From an uncultured Methanoregulaceae archaeon (lineage in GTDB: Archaea > Halobacteriota > Methanomicrobia > Methanomicrobiales > Methanospirillaceae): 64,000 bases of DNA. The translations under genes were made by a program, and so were the position numbers. Positions within the stretch are counted from its first letter, which is position 1. Each line of letters starts with the position of its first letter. The stretch is taken from positions 2,176,001 through 2,240,000 of the forward strand of contig OY970343.1 in NCBI GenBank assembly GCA_963717525.1, written 5' to 3'. The notes under the pieces are model-generated. The model did not search any database. It saw only the letters and a program-made list of their open reading frames with translations, and was not told the origin of the DNA. Positions 30,574 through 41,320 of this stretch are shown here, piece after piece.

Positions 30574-30972
30574 ATGGCGGCAAACGACAAGGAAAAGTGG
30601 GGCATCGCACATATCTTTGCCTCCTTTAACAACACGATCATCACCGTCACCGATCTTTCCGGTGCAGAAACCGTCACCAAGTCGAGCGGTGGCATGGTCG
30701 TCAAGCAGGACCGGAACGAAAGTTCCCCGTACGCGGCCATGCAGATGGCGGCAAACGTCGCCGCAGTAGCCCGCGAGAAGGGCATCGTCGGTGTCCATGT
30801 GAAAGTCCGGGCACCCGGCCAGGGCAAACAGCGCAGCCCCGGGCCCGGCGCCCAGGCAGCTATCCGTGCACTTGCCCGGGCGGGCATGCGCATCGGAAGG
30901 ATTGAAGACGTTACACCTGTCCCGCACGACTCATGCCGTCCGAAGGGTGGCAGACGGGGAAGGAGAGTGTGA
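30574..30972 (+). CDS. rps11: 30S ribosomal protein S11
   Basis: [32 protein letters not shown]. Confidence 0.98.
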   Translation: MAANDKEKWGIAHIFASFNNTIITVTDLSGAETVTKSSGGMVVKQDRNESSPYAAMQMAANVAAVAREKGIVGVHVKVRAPGQGKQRSPGPGAQAAIRALARAGMRIGRIEDVTPVPHDSCRPKGGRRGRRV

Positions 30973-31802
30973 TGGAGATCGAATTCGCGAGTCTGGACGA
31001 CACCCTTGCACGATTCACGCTCTCAGGAGCGAAGCCCGGATTTACCAATACGTTCCGCAGGGCAATGATCGGCGAGGTGCCGACCCTTGCCATCGAGGAT
31101 GTGCGCATCTACGACAACACGAGCGCGCTCTTCGACGAGATGCTGGCGCACCGCCTCGGGCTTATTCCCATCAGGACCGATCTTACCAGTTATTCGACTC
31201 AGGACACCTGTTCGTGCGGGGGGGCAGGCTGCCCGTCCTGCACGGTGACGTTCACGCTCAGCGTTGAGGGCCCCAAGCTGGTCACGTCAAGCGACCTCAT
31301 CCCGCAGGACCCCAAGGCTGCGCCCGTGAACGACAACATCCCCATCGTGAAGCTCGTAAAAGGGCAGAAACTGGTCATCGAAGCGCGTGCTGTCCTCAAC
31401 AAGGGCAAGGTGCACGCAAAATGGCAACCGACCCTCGTGTGCGGGTACAAGAATCACCCGATCATCACAATCAGCCCCACCTGCGACGCGTGCGGGATGT
31501 GCGTGGACGAATGTCCCCGCACCATCCTTGCCGTCAAAGGCAAGAAAGTCGAGGTCATCGAGGGCAAGCTTCCCGACTGCTCCATGTGCAGACTCTGTGA
31601 ACGGGCCTGCATGGCGAGCGGGATCGGGGAGGAACCCGCGATCAGGATCTCCGCCTCGCCCGACCGGTATATTTTTGCGGTCGAGGGAGACGGGTCGCTG
31701 CCCGCAAAAGAGATCATGGTTCAGGCGCTTTCCTACATAAAGGAGCAGGCAAACGAGCTGGAGAGACAGACAAGCGAGATTTCAGGGGAGGAAAAGAAAT
31801 GA
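30972..31802 (+). CDS. rpoD: RNA polymerase subunit D (Rpo3) with ferredoxin-like Fe-S domain
   Basis: EVPTLAI, DEMLAHRLGLIP, HAKWQP; CDACGMCVDECP and CSMCRLC. Confidence 0.97.
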   Translation: MEIEFASLDDTLARFTLSGAKPGFTNTFRRAMIGEVPTLAIEDVRIYDNTSALFDEMLAHRLGLIPIRTDLTSYSTQDTCSCGGAGCPSCTVTFTLSVEGPKLVTSSDLIPQDPKAAPVNDNIPIVKLVKGQKLVIEARAVLNKGKVHAKWQPTLVCGYKNHPIITISPTCDACGMCVDECPRTILAVKGKKVEVIEGKLPDCSMCRLCERACMASGIGEEPAIRISASPDRYIFAVEGDGSLPAKEIMVQALSYIKEQANELERQTSEISGEEKK

Positions 31803-32164
31803 CACGACAAGTGGAGAAGACGAACCCCCGTCTTACCAACCTCATTATGCTCTTGAAGAATTCATCACGGGAGAATGAGGCCAAGATCTGGCGCGAAATT
31901 GCAGGCAGGCTGGAGACCCCCAACCGGAACTACGCGGAGGTCAACCTGTCCAAGATTAACCGCTACGCCCACAACGGCGAGATCATCCTCGTACCCGGGA
32001 AGGTGCTGGGCAGCGGCGTGCTGGAGCAGTCCGTAAAGATTGCAGCGCTGAATTTTTCGGAATCAGCAACGAGCAAGATCAGGGACGCAAAAGGGCAGTG
32101 CATGACGATCGAGCAGCTGTTAAAGGACAACCCCAAGGGAAGCGGTGTCCGGATCCTGAGGTGA
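31799..32164 (+). CDS. rpl18e: 50S ribosomal protein L18e
   Basis: [23 protein letters not shown]. Confidence 0.97.
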   Translation: MTRQVEKTNPRLTNLIMLLKNSSRENEAKIWREIAGRLETPNRNYAEVNLSKINRYAHNGEIILVPGKVLGSGVLEQSVKIAALNFSESATSKIRDAKGQCMTIEQLLKDNPKGSGVRILR

Positions 32165-32171
32165 GAGAAAC

Positions 32172-32600
32172 ATGGTTACCGTAATTAACGGGGACGGGCT
32201 CATCCTTGGAAGGCTTGCAAGCATCACCGCCCAGCGTGCCCTTGCCGGTGAAGAGATCGCGATTGTGAATGTCGAGCAGATCATCATCTCCGGCAGCCGC
32301 GCACGCGTTCTTGACAACTACTACCACAAGCGCGCACGTGGTGCCTCCGGTGACCGGTGGGGACCCTTTGTCCCGCGCCGGCCGGACCATCTCATGAAGC
32401 GGACCATACGTGGCATGCTCCCCTACAAACGCCCCCGTGGCGCTGAGGCGATGAAGCGCATCAAGTGCTACGTCGGTGTCCCGGTGGAGTTTGCAGGCGC
32501 AACGATGGAAGTCCCTGAAGAAGTTCACATGGACCGGCTCCACAACCCGCAGTTTGTCACGCTCGGAACGGTCTGCACGGCCCTCGGAGCCAAGTTCTAA
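32172..32600 (+). CDS. rpl13: 50S ribosomal protein L13
   Basis: [17 protein letters not shown]. Confidence 0.97.
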   Translation: MVTVINGDGLILGRLASITAQRALAGEEIAIVNVEQIIISGSRARVLDNYYHKRARGASGDRWGPFVPRRPDHLMKRTIRGMLPYKRPRGAEAMKRIKCYVGVPVEFAGATMEVPEEVHMDRLHNPQFVTLGTVCTALGAKF

Positions 32601-32610
32601 GGTGGTCACC

Positions 32611-33012
32611 ATGGCAAAGATCATAAACACAAGCGGAAAACGCAAAACAGCAATCGCCCGGGCGACTATAAAGGCCGGCAAAGGCATGATCAGGGTTAAC
32701 TCTGTGCCCCTCGAAAAGTACGGCACCGAGACCACCCGGATGAAGATCGCCGAGCCGCTCCTCCTCGTCCCCAACGCGGCGAACGAAATTGACGTGACCA
32801 TCGACGTCTCCGGCGGCGGGGTCATGGGGCAGGCCGAGGCAGTGCGTACAGCACTCGCCCGGGGTATCCTTGAGTGGACAAATGACCCCGCTATCAAGGA
32901 CGTCTACCTTGCCTACGACAGAACGCTTCTCGTCAACGACTCGCGGCAGAAAGAGACCAAGAAACCGCACGGCCGTGGCGCACGCAAGAAATTCCAAAAG
33001 TCTTATCGTTAA
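32611..33012 (+). CDS. rps9: 30S ribosomal protein S9
   Basis: [27 protein letters not shown]. Confidence 0.98.
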   Translation: MAKIINTSGKRKTAIARATIKAGKGMIRVNSVPLEKYGTETTRMKIAEPLLLVPNAANEIDVTIDVSGGGVMGQAEAVRTALARGILEWTNDPAIKDVYLAYDRTLLVNDSRQKETKKPHGRGARKKFQKSYR

Positions 33013-33041
33013 ACCAAAAGATATATGAGAGGTCGAAAATC

Positions 33042-33230
33042 TTGATACCCGTACGATGTTTCACCTGTGGGAAGACCATTTCCACCGCGTGGGAAGAATT
33101 TAAGGCACGGCGGGAGAAAGGCGAGGATCCCAAAAAGATCCTCGACGATCTCGGTATCACCCGATACTGCTGCCGGCGCATGCTTCTGACCCATAAAGAG
33201 ATCATTGATGAGCTCAACCCGTACCAGTAA
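33042..33230 (+). CDS. rpoN: RNA polymerase subunit N (Rpo10)
   Basis: [19 protein letters not shown]. Confidence 0.97.
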   Translation: MIPVRCFTCGKTISTAWEEFKARREKGEDPKKILDDLGITRYCCRRMLLTHKEIIDELNPYQ

Positions 33231-33239
33231 TATGACCGA

Positions 33240-33314
33240 GGGGTCGTGGGGTAGCCTGGACTATCCTATTGCGTTCGGGACGCAGTGACCTGAGTTCGAA
33301 TCTCAGCGACCCCA
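33240..33314 (+). tRNA. tRNA-Pro (CGG)
   Basis: Acceptor GGGGTCG/CGACCCC, anticodon loop TT-CGG-GA, T-arm CTGAG-TTCGAAT-CTCAG. Confidence 0.96.
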
Positions 33315-33354
33315 TTTTCCAGTTGTAAACATGGAACAATTTTGAGGACAAGGA

Positions 33355-33528
33355 ATGCTGGCGCAGACATATACCCGGTATGAACGGGCGAGGATTATTG
33401 GAGCAAGGGCTCTGCAGATATCAATGGGTGCACCCTTACTTATCACTACTTCCCGGATCGATCCCCTGGAGATCGCCATCGAGGAGTTCAACGCGGACAT
33501 TATCCCCATTACCGTAAAGCGAAGATGA
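33355..33528 (+). CDS. rpoK: RNA polymerase subunit K (Rpo6); below ORF-track cutoff
   Basis: Hand-translated [27 protein letters not shown]...IPITVKRR. Confidence 0.96.
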   Translation: MLAQTYTRYERARIIGARALQISMGAPLLITTSRIDPLEIAIEEFNADIIPITVKRR

Positions 33529-33541
33529 GAGGCAAGGCGTT

Positions 33542-34729
33542 ATGACGATCATTGAGGCAATCGAGCTGCGGATGATCCTTGACAGCCGGGGCAACCCGAC
33601 GGTCGAGGCAGAGATCTCTACCGCAGGCGGGTTTGGCCGTGCGGCCGCCCCGAGCGGTGCAAGCACCGGTGCGGCGGAAGCAAAAGTCCTGCCCCCGAGG
33701 GAGGCAATTGACCATGCCATCCAGGACCTGATCCCGGCACTCATCGGTATGGATGCGTCGGACCAGGAGAGTTTTGACGACCAGCTTCGCGATATCGACG
33801 GGACCCTGAATTTTTCCGGGATCGGATCAAATGTGGCTGTCGCCCTCTCCCTTGCAAATGCAAAGGCCGCTGCTTCGGCACTGGGGCTCCCGCTCTTCCG
33901 GTATCTCGGCGGGGCGTTTGTCCGCGAGATGCCGCTCCCGCTGGGGAACGTTATCGGCGGCGGTGCGCACGCGGCAAACGCAACCGAGATCCAAGAGTTC
34001 CTGGTGATACCGGGCGGTGCGGCGGACGCAGAAGAGGCGGTCTTTGCCAATGCCGCCGTCCACAGGACGGTCAAGGATCTTCTCAGGAACAAGGGAATTG
34101 CCGCCGGCAAGGGTGATGAGGGTGCATGGGCACCGCAGATTGACGATGCCCTCGCATTTGAGCTCATTGCCGAGGCAACCGGACGCGTGGAAGACGAGAT
34201 GAATGTCCCGGTTGACGTGGGTATCGATGTCGCAGCAAGCCAGATGTGGACCGGCTCCGGGTACAAGTACCGCGACCGCGTACGCTCGACCGAGGACCAG
34301 ATCGCGTATATCGCCGAGCTTGTCGACAAATACAACCTCGTCTATGTCGAGGATCCTCTCCATGAGGATAACTTTGACGCGTTTGCCGAGCTGAACCGCC
34401 AGGTTGGCGACCGGTGCCTGATCTGCGGCGACGATCTCTTTGTTACCCAGGTCGACCGCATCGAGAAGGGCATCGAGACCGGCTCCGCGAACTGCGTCCT
34501 CATCAAGCCAAACCAGGTCGGAACACTCTCCGACACCTTCGAGGCCGTCCGCCTCTCCCACACCCATGGTCTGGATACGGTGATGAGTCACCGGTCAGGC
34601 GAGACCACGGATACCACCATTGCACACCTCGCCACCGCGTTCTCCTGCATCTTCTTAAAATGCGGAGTGGTGGGCGGCGAACGCATTGCCAAACTAAACG
34701 AACTCATTCGCATAGAGGAACAACTATGA
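33542..34729 (+). CDS. eno: enolase
   Basis: [31 protein letters not shown]. Confidence 0.98.
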   Translation: MTIIEAIELRMILDSRGNPTVEAEISTAGGFGRAAAPSGASTGAAEAKVLPPREAIDHAIQDLIPALIGMDASDQESFDDQLRDIDGTLNFSGIGSNVAVALSLANAKAAASALGLPLFRYLGGAFVREMPLPLGNVIGGGAHAANATEIQEFLVIPGGAADAEEAVFANAAVHRTVKDLLRNKGIAAGKGDEGAWAPQIDDALAFELIAEATGRVEDEMNVPVDVGIDVAASQMWTGSGYKYRDRVRSTEDQIAYIAELVDKYNLVYVEDPLHEDNFDAFAELNRQVGDRCLICGDDLFVTQVDRIEKGIETGSANCVLIKPNQVGTLSDTFEAVRLSHTHGLDTVMSHRSGETTDTTIAHLATAFSCIFLKCGVVGGERIAKLNELIRIEEQL

Positions 34730-35337
34730 CCCCAGTAAACGAGATGGAAATAGAATTAAAGGAACCGCTCATCCCCGTCGAGGAGTACCTGGCAGCCGGT
34801 GTCCACATCGGCACCCAGCAGAAAAGCGAGGACATGAAGAAGTTCATCTACCGCGTCCGCGGCGATGGTCTGTATATCCTCGATATCCGCGAGACTGACT
34901 CCCGGATAAAGACCGTTGCGAAATTCTTGAACCAGTACGAGGCACCCGATATCCTCGTCGTCACCTCGCGGCAGTACGGCCAGTACCCAGCAAAGAAGTT
35001 TGCCGATACCATCGGTGCGATGTCCGCCACCGGCCGGTTTATCCCGGGCCTCTTAACCAACCCGGTCCTTGACGGTTACATCGAACCCAAGGTTATCGTT
35101 GTCACCGACCCGATTGGCGACGCACAGGTCATCAACGAGGCTGTCCAGTGCGGCATCCCGGTGGTAGCGCTCTGCGATACCAACAACATGACCAAGTTCG
35201 TCGATCTCGTGATCCCCACGAACAACAAGGGCCGCAAAGCGCTCTCAATGATCTACTTCCTCCTCACCCGGGAGATGCTGCGCCTGCGGGGGATCGCGAC
35301 CGGTCTTACGCAGGAAGATTTCGAAACCGAGATCTAA
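34726..35337 (+). CDS. rps2: 30S ribosomal protein S2
   Basis: [26 protein letters not shown]. Confidence 0.98.
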   Translation: MTPVNEMEIELKEPLIPVEEYLAAGVHIGTQQKSEDMKKFIYRVRGDGLYILDIRETDSRIKTVAKFLNQYEAPDILVVTSRQYGQYPAKKFADTIGAMSATGRFIPGLLTNPVLDGYIEPKVIVVTDPIGDAQVINEAVQCGIPVVALCDTNNMTKFVDLVIPTNNKGRKALSMIYFLLTREMLRLRGIATGLTQEDFETEI

Positions 35338-35406
35338 AAGCGGTTCCTTTCGATCCTTTTTTGGATCGATCGTTACATATAACAGAACGACCAGAGGGTT
35401 GATTCG

Positions 35407-36195
35407 ATGAAGACGCGTTCATGCGCAGTTGCGGGCATGTTCTACCCGAAGGACCCCTCCCATCTCGGGCAGCTCCTGGAAGGGTTTTTCACGCGGACCG
35501 TCCCGGGCGAAAATGCCCTGGGGATTGTCAGCCCGCACGCGGGATATATTTACTCAGGGCAGATTGCAGCCCACGCGTTTTCCCGTATCCCGCCCGGTTT
35601 TTCCGGCACGTTCGTGGTGATCGGCCCGTCGCATCACGGGTATCTTACGAGCGTTTCTGCGGTACCGTGGGAGACCCCCCTCGGGATTGTCGATACCGAC
35701 ACGGAATTTGTCGGGGCGCTGGATATCGGGATCGACGAACCCTCTCAGGAGCAAGAGCATTCGATCGAGGTGCAGATGCCGTTTATCAAGTACCGTTTCC
35801 CGCGGTCACGGGTTGTCCCCGTGATGATGGGGGAGCAGGATCCAGCCCATGCAGCGGCTGTCGCAGACAAGATCGTTGCTGCACAGCGGCTGACAAAACG
35901 GGAGATCCGGGTCGTTGCGTCCAGCGATTTCTCGCACTATGTGCCCGAGGCGCAGGCAAAGGATGGCGATCTCTACGCGATCGAAGCGCTTTCCACACTC
36001 GACGTGAAGGAATTCTACCGGAGAATCCGGGAAAAACGCGTTACGGCCTGCGGGTACGGCCCGATCAGCGTGATGGTGGCCGTGTGCCTGTGCCTGGGAG
36101 CCCGGAAAGGCCAGCTGATCCGGTACGGGACAAGCGGGGATGTGACCGGTGACCGGGACCAGGTCGTGGGGTACGCAGCCATTGCGGTGATATAG
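35407..36195 (+). CDS. MEMO1 family protein
   Basis: AGMFYP, PHAGYIYSG, EHSIEVQ, SSDFSHY, CGYGP, VGYA. Confidence 0.93.
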   Translation: MKTRSCAVAGMFYPKDPSHLGQLLEGFFTRTVPGENALGIVSPHAGYIYSGQIAAHAFSRIPPGFSGTFVVIGPSHHGYLTSVSAVPWETPLGIVDTDTEFVGALDIGIDEPSQEQEHSIEVQMPFIKYRFPRSRVVPVMMGEQDPAHAAAVADKIVAAQRLTKREIRVVASSDFSHYVPEAQAKDGDLYAIEALSTLDVKEFYRRIREKRVTACGYGPISVMVAVCLCLGARKGQLIRYGTSGDVTGDRDQVVGYAAIAVI

Positions 36196-36196
36196 G

Positions 36197-37066
36197 TTGG
36201 CAACGTGGAGTGCGCCGGGCAAGGTATTTCTGTTCGGCGAGCATGCAGTGGTATACGGAAAGCCCGGCATCGCCATGGCGATCAAGCCCCGGGTCTTTGT
36301 GACCGTGAGAAAGTCACGGCGCCCCCAAAGGGCAAAGTCCCCCTATATCGACGGGTGTTTTAACGCGATGGGCGTGGCCGGGAGCGTGTATATCAACTCC
36401 CAGATCCCCAGTTCGTCGGGCCTGGGGTCGTCTGCTGCGGTCACGGTTGCGACACTGTCGGCGATAAATGACGAGTTTGCCGTCGGCAAAAACAGGGAAG
36501 ATATTGCAAACATGGCATTCGATATCGAAAAGACCGTGCAGAAAGGGCGGGCGAGCCCCACGGATACTACGGTCTCCACGTATGGCGGGATCGTTCTCAT
36601 CAGCAGGGGATCGCGCAGGCGGCTTGCGCCCCAGAATATGTACCTGGTTATCGGAGATTCGCTGGTCTCGCACAGCACGTCAAAGATGGTGGAGCAGGTC
36701 GCTGACTTAAAAAAACAGAACCCGGAGATTGTCGACCCGATCCTTGACGCAATCGAAGGGGTGAGCCTCGCGGCAATCCACCACTTGAGCAACCCGAAGG
36801 AACTGGGCAGGTACATGAACATGAACCACGCGCTGCTTGATGCGCTCGGCGTCGGGCACCCGCAGCTCTCCCGGCTGGTGCTCGCTTCCCGCTCGGCCGG
36901 GGCGTTCGGTGCGAAGATCACCGGGGCCGGCGGCGGGGGCTGCATGGTGGCCCTCTGCGCAAAGCAGGTCAGGCACCGGGTCGCGCAGGCGATCCAGTCC
37001 TGCGACGCACGGGCGATTGTGACCGGTATCGACACCGAGGGAGTACGGAAGGAGAAGAATGTCTGA
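36197..37066 (+). CDS. mvk: mevalonate kinase
   Basis: APGKVFLFGEHAVVYG, PSSSGLGSSAA, GAKITGAGGGG. Confidence 0.96.
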   Translation: MATWSAPGKVFLFGEHAVVYGKPGIAMAIKPRVFVTVRKSRRPQRAKSPYIDGCFNAMGVAGSVYINSQIPSSSGLGSSAAVTVATLSAINDEFAVGKNREDIANMAFDIEKTVQKGRASPTDTTVSTYGGIVLISRGSRRRLAPQNMYLVIGDSLVSHSTSKMVEQVADLKKQNPEIVDPILDAIEGVSLAAIHHLSNPKELGRYMNMNHALLDALGVGHPQLSRLVLASRSAGAFGAKITGAGGGGCMVALCAKQVRHRVAQAIQSCDARAIVTGIDTEGVRKEKNV

Positions 37067-37814
37067 CCGCATCATTCTCAAGCTGGGCGGCAGCGTGATC
37101 ACGGACAAAGGCGCAGACTGCCGCGTCAACCATGCGGCATTGTCCGGCATTGCAGCCGATATTGCCGTGGTACCCGCGACCGGGATCGTCGTCGTCCATG
37201 GTGCCGGATCCTGCGGGCATCCCGAGGCACGGAAATACCGGCTTGACCAGGGCGTGGCGGCCGGGCAGACGGAAGGGATCGCGGTCACCCACCGCGCGGT
37301 CAGCGCCCTCAACGCGGAGGTCGTTGCTGCGCTCCGAAGTGCCGGTGTGCAGGCACTCGGCGTCCACCCGCTCCATGCAGGTGTCGCAGACAAAGGCCGG
37401 CTGGTCGCGTTTGAGAGCAGGCACCTCGAAAAAATGCTCGCACTGGGGATGGTTCCTGTGATCCACGGAGACGTGGTGATGGACCTTTCACGCGGAGCAT
37501 GCATTGTCTCGGGCGACCAGCTCGTGCGGTATCTTGCGGTTGCGCTGAAGTGCAACCGCGTAGGACTCGCCACCGATGTACCGGGAGTGCTGGATGGAGG
37601 GCGCGTGGTTCCGGAGATTACTCCGCAGACCATGTACACCCTCCAGATCGGCAACTCGTCATATACCGACGTAACCGGTGGAATGAAAGGGAAAATTGAC
37701 GAACTGCTCGGGCTTGCTGCGGCAGGCACCGGATCAGACATATTCGAGGTCTCGCGTCTTGGCGACTTCCTTGCCGGGAAGGACCATGGCGGGACAAAAG
37801 TGAGAGGAGGGTAA
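37059..37814 (+). CDS. ipk: isopentenyl phosphate kinase
   Basis: KLGGSVITDK, HGAGSCGH, SGDQ, DVTGGM. Confidence 0.93.
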   Translation: MSDRIILKLGGSVITDKGADCRVNHAALSGIAADIAVVPATGIVVVHGAGSCGHPEARKYRLDQGVAAGQTEGIAVTHRAVSALNAEVVAALRSAGVQALGVHPLHAGVADKGRLVAFESRHLEKMLALGMVPVIHGDVVMDLSRGACIVSGDQLVRYLAVALKCNRVGLATDVPGVLDGGRVVPEITPQTMYTLQIGNSSYTDVTGGMKGKIDELLGLAAAGTGSDIFEVSRLGDFLAGKDHGGTKVRGG

Positions 37815-37819
37815 GGGAA

Positions 37820-38917
37820 ATGGCCGATAAGAAACGGTTCACGTCGTCGCGCAAGCTCGACCACCTGCGTATCTGCGCAGAAAAAGAGGTCGAGTCCGGC
37901 GATACAGGCTTTGGTGATGTCAGGCTGGTCCACAATGCGCTGCCGGAATGCGACATGCGCTCGATCGACCTGTCCACCCGGTTTTTCGGCCACACGCTCT
38001 CGTCCCCCCTCTTCATATCGGCAATGACCGGTGGCCATCCCGGGACAAAGGAGACAAATGCCCGCCTTGCCCGGATCGCCGAACGTTTCGGCCTCGGCAT
38101 GGGCGTGGGCTCCCAGAGGGCAGCCCTTGAAAACCCGGCGCTCGCCGACACGTTTTCGGTCGTCCGTGACGAGGCACCCCATGCATTCCTGGTCGCGAAC
38201 CTCGGCGCTGTGCAGCTCCGCGACCACGGGACTGCCTGGGCAGAGGAAGCCATCGGGATGATCGGCGCCAACGCGATTGCCATCCACCTCAATTTCCTTC
38301 AGGAAGCCATCCAGCCCGAGGGGGACCATAACGCTACCGGCTGCCTTGCCGCGATCGCCGCGCTCTGTGCGGAGATAAAGACCCCGGTGATCGTCAAGGA
38401 GACCGGATGCGGGATTTCACGGGAGGTTGCCCGCCAGTGCTGGAGTGCAGGGGCGGCAGCGATCGATATCGGCGGCTGGGGCGGGACGTCCTGGGCCGCG
38501 GTCGAGAGCATCCGCGCCGATGAGAGCAGGAATGCACAGGACAGGTGCCTCAAGACCCTTGGCGAGGATTTTGCCGGCTGGGGCATACCCACGGTTGTGA
38601 GCCTTGCCGAGGTAGCAGGCACCGGAAGCCCGGTGATCGCATCCGGGGGTATCAGGAACGGTATTGATACGGCAAAATGCCTTGCCCTCGGGGCCGATCT
38701 ATGTGGCATGGCGCTCCCCCTCCTGAAGCCGGCGCTGGAAAGCGACGATGCCCTGGTGAGCACGGTCGAGACGATCCATCGTGAACTGGTGGCCTCGATG
38801 TTCCTGTGTGGCGCAGCGCGGGTGCGCGATATGCGCAGGGCACGGCTCTCTATTACGGGGAAGACCCGGCAGATGATGGATGATGGGAATCCTCTCGTGA
38901 AGCAGGACAACCCCTGA
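37820..38917 (+). CDS. fni: type 2 isopentenyl-diphosphate delta-isomerase
   Basis: RKLDH, AMTGG, HLNFLQE..QPEG, KETGCG, GGTSW. Confidence 0.96.
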   Translation: MADKKRFTSSRKLDHLRICAEKEVESGDTGFGDVRLVHNALPECDMRSIDLSTRFFGHTLSSPLFISAMTGGHPGTKETNARLARIAERFGLGMGVGSQRAALENPALADTFSVVRDEAPHAFLVANLGAVQLRDHGTAWAEEAIGMIGANAIAIHLNFLQEAIQPEGDHNATGCLAAIAALCAEIKTPVIVKETGCGISREVARQCWSAGAAAIDIGGWGGTSWAAVESIRADESRNAQDRCLKTLGEDFAGWGIPTVVSLAEVAGTGSPVIASGGIRNGIDTAKCLALGADLCGMALPLLKPALESDDALVSTVETIHRELVASMFLCGAARVRDMRRARLSITGKTRQMMDDGNPLVKQDNP

Positions 38918-39000
38918 CAGACCGGAAAAATGCAAAAAACGCTAAAGAGCAGGTTTTTGAAAAAAACTACCTGCGCGACAACAAAAACAGGAGAAAAAAC

Positions 39001-40338
39001 ATGGATATAGAAATTATTGCAGTGGGCGGTTACGACGAGGTCGGGCGGAATATGACCGCTGTCCGCTGCGGAAAAGAGATTGTCATTTTTGACATGGGGC
39101 TCCGCCTTGATCAGGTTATGATCCACGAGGATGCGGAGCTTGAGAATATGCACTCCCTGGATCTGATCAAGATCGGGGCGATACCTGACGACACCATGAT
39201 GAACTCGGTCGAGGGGACCGTAAAAGCGATTGTCTGCTCCCACGGGCATCTCGACCACATCGGGGCGATCCCGAAGCTTGCGCACCGGTACAACGCGCCG
39301 ATCATCGCCGCGCCCTACGCGACGGAACTGATACGGCAGCAGATCTCGGGCGAGCAGAAGTTCGGGGTCAACAACAAGCTCTTCGCGCTCAAGCCCGGGC
39401 AGCGGTACACGATCTCGCAGCATCTTGTGCTTGAATTCGTACGGGCCCAGCACTCGATCATCGATACTGTGACACCGGTGCTCCACACCCCGCACGGTGC
39501 GATCGTCTATGCCTGCGATTTCAAGCTCGACCGGACGCCGGTGATCGGGGAACCCCCGGATTTTGCCCGGCTCCGCCAGATTGGAAAGGAAGGCGTGCTC
39601 GCGCTTATTGTGGAGAGTACCTATATTGACCGGCCCGGCCGGTGCCCGAGCGAGCGGATCGCCCGGGATCTCGTACGGGATACCATCACCAGTTACGAGG
39701 ATGATAAGAGCTCCCTTATCGTATCGACGTTCTCGTCCCATATCGCCCGGGTCAAGACCATCGCGGAATGTGCGCACGAGATCGGGAGAAAGCCGGTCCT
39801 CCTGGGCCGCTCGATGGAGAAGTACTCGGTCACCGCGGAGCAGATGAAGATGGTCTCGTTCCCGCCGGACACCAGTGTCTTCGGGAACCGGCGGACAGTC
39901 GACCGGACCCTGCGCCGGATGATGAAGGCGGGAAAAGAGAAATTCCTCCCTATCATCACCGGCCACCAGGGAGAACCGGGGTCAATCCTGACACGGATTG
40001 CCTTGGGCGACACCCCGTACCAGATAGCAAAGGGCGACAAAGTGCTCTTCTCTGCAAACGTGATCCCCAACCCATTGAATTTCGGGCAGCGTTACATGAT
40101 CGAGGCGCACCTGAAAATGGCAGGAGCCCGGCTCTTCCAGGATCTCCATGTGAGCGGGCATGCATACCGCGAGGATCACTACGAGTTTGTCAATCTCTTA
40201 AACCCGCAGCACATCATCCCGGCCCACGGGAACATAAGGATGACCGCTTCCTATGCGGAGTTCAGCGGTGATCTCGGGTACGTGATGGGCAATGATGTGC
40301 ATGTCATGCGCAACGGCCAGCGGCTCAAACTGAACTAG
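39001..40338 (+). CDS. rnj: RNase J family beta-CASP ribonuclease
   Basis: GGYDEVGRNM, HGHLDHIG, HSI, HVSGH, PAHG. Confidence 0.95.
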   Translation: MDIEIIAVGGYDEVGRNMTAVRCGKEIVIFDMGLRLDQVMIHEDAELENMHSLDLIKIGAIPDDTMMNSVEGTVKAIVCSHGHLDHIGAIPKLAHRYNAPIIAAPYATELIRQQISGEQKFGVNNKLFALKPGQRYTISQHLVLEFVRAQHSIIDTVTPVLHTPHGAIVYACDFKLDRTPVIGEPPDFARLRQIGKEGVLALIVESTYIDRPGRCPSERIARDLVRDTITSYEDDKSSLIVSTFSSHIARVKTIAECAHEIGRKPVLLGRSMEKYSVTAEQMKMVSFPPDTSVFGNRRTVDRTLRRMMKAGKEKFLPIITGHQGEPGSILTRIALGDTPYQIAKGDKVLFSANVIPNPLNFGQRYMIEAHLKMAGARLFQDLHVSGHAYREDHYEFVNLLNPQHIIPAHGNIRMTASYAEFSGDLGYVMGNDVHVMRNGQRLKLN

Positions 40339-40352
40339 AAGGGGAATGTGAA

Positions 40353-41319
40353 ATGTCGGGACTCTCACCCTACCTGAAATCGGTTGCACAGCGGATCGAC
40401 GGCATGATCGACGAGAATTTCGCCCATGCTACCGGCGAACTCAACAAGGCCTCCGCCCACCTGCTCAGCGCTGGCGGGAAACGGCTCCGCCCTGCAGTGG
40501 TCCTGCTCTCGGCAGACGCGGTCAGGAATGGCAGTTCCACGGATATCATGCCGGCGGCACTGGCGCTTGAGCTCACCCACACGTTCACTCTTATCCATGA
40601 CGATATCATGGACGGGGACTCGCTGCGCCGCGGGGTCCCGACCGTTCACACGAAATGGGATATGCCTACCGGTATCCTCGCCGGGGATGTCCTGTACGCC
40701 CGGGCGTTTGAGTCTATCTGCCAGGCAAAAGCCGGCGAAGATGCCAAGGTCCGCGCAGTTGACCTGCTTGCCCGTGCCTGCGCCGACATCTGCGAGGGCC
40801 AGCACATGGATATGTCCTTTGAGGACCGGACTGATGTGACCGAAGAGGAATACATGGAGATGGTCGGGAAGAAGACCGGGGTGCTCTACGCGGCGGCAGC
40901 GGCGATCGGCGGCACCCTTGCGGGGGGCAACGAGGAGCATGTCCAGGCCCTGTACCAGTTCGGGCTCAATACCGGCATCGCATTCCAGATCCAGGACGAC
41001 CTCATCGATCTCCTGACCTCGGCTGAGGAGAGCGGGAAGGACCAGGGCTCTGACCTCCGGGAAGGGAAACAGACCCTGATTATGATCCTCGCGCGGAACA
41101 AGGGCGTCGATCTCCTGAAGTACCGGCGCGAGCTTTCCCCTGCGGATATTCGGGCGGCAATCAGGGAACTTACCGATGCGGGCGTTATCGATGCCGTAAA
41201 AGGCAGGGCGTTTGCGCTGGTCGCGGACAGCAACCGGTTGCTCGGCGTTCTCCCGGCCACAAAGGAGCGTCAGACTCCTCATGGATATCGGCGAATTTTT
41301 TGTGACCCGGAGCTTCTAG
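40353..41319 (+). CDS. idsA: geranylgeranyl diphosphate synthase; +1 frameshift near 41274 hides true C-terminus
   Basis: GGKRLRP, HDDIMD, QDDLID; corrected end LLMDIGEFFVTRSF* stops at 41319, just before gltX. Confidence 0.93.
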
Positions 41320-41320
41320 G

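Noticed and set aside
36707..39966. Long minus-strand ORFs (540 aa, 555 aa)
   Set aside because: Antisense to mvk/ipk/fni/rnj, no recognisable domains.
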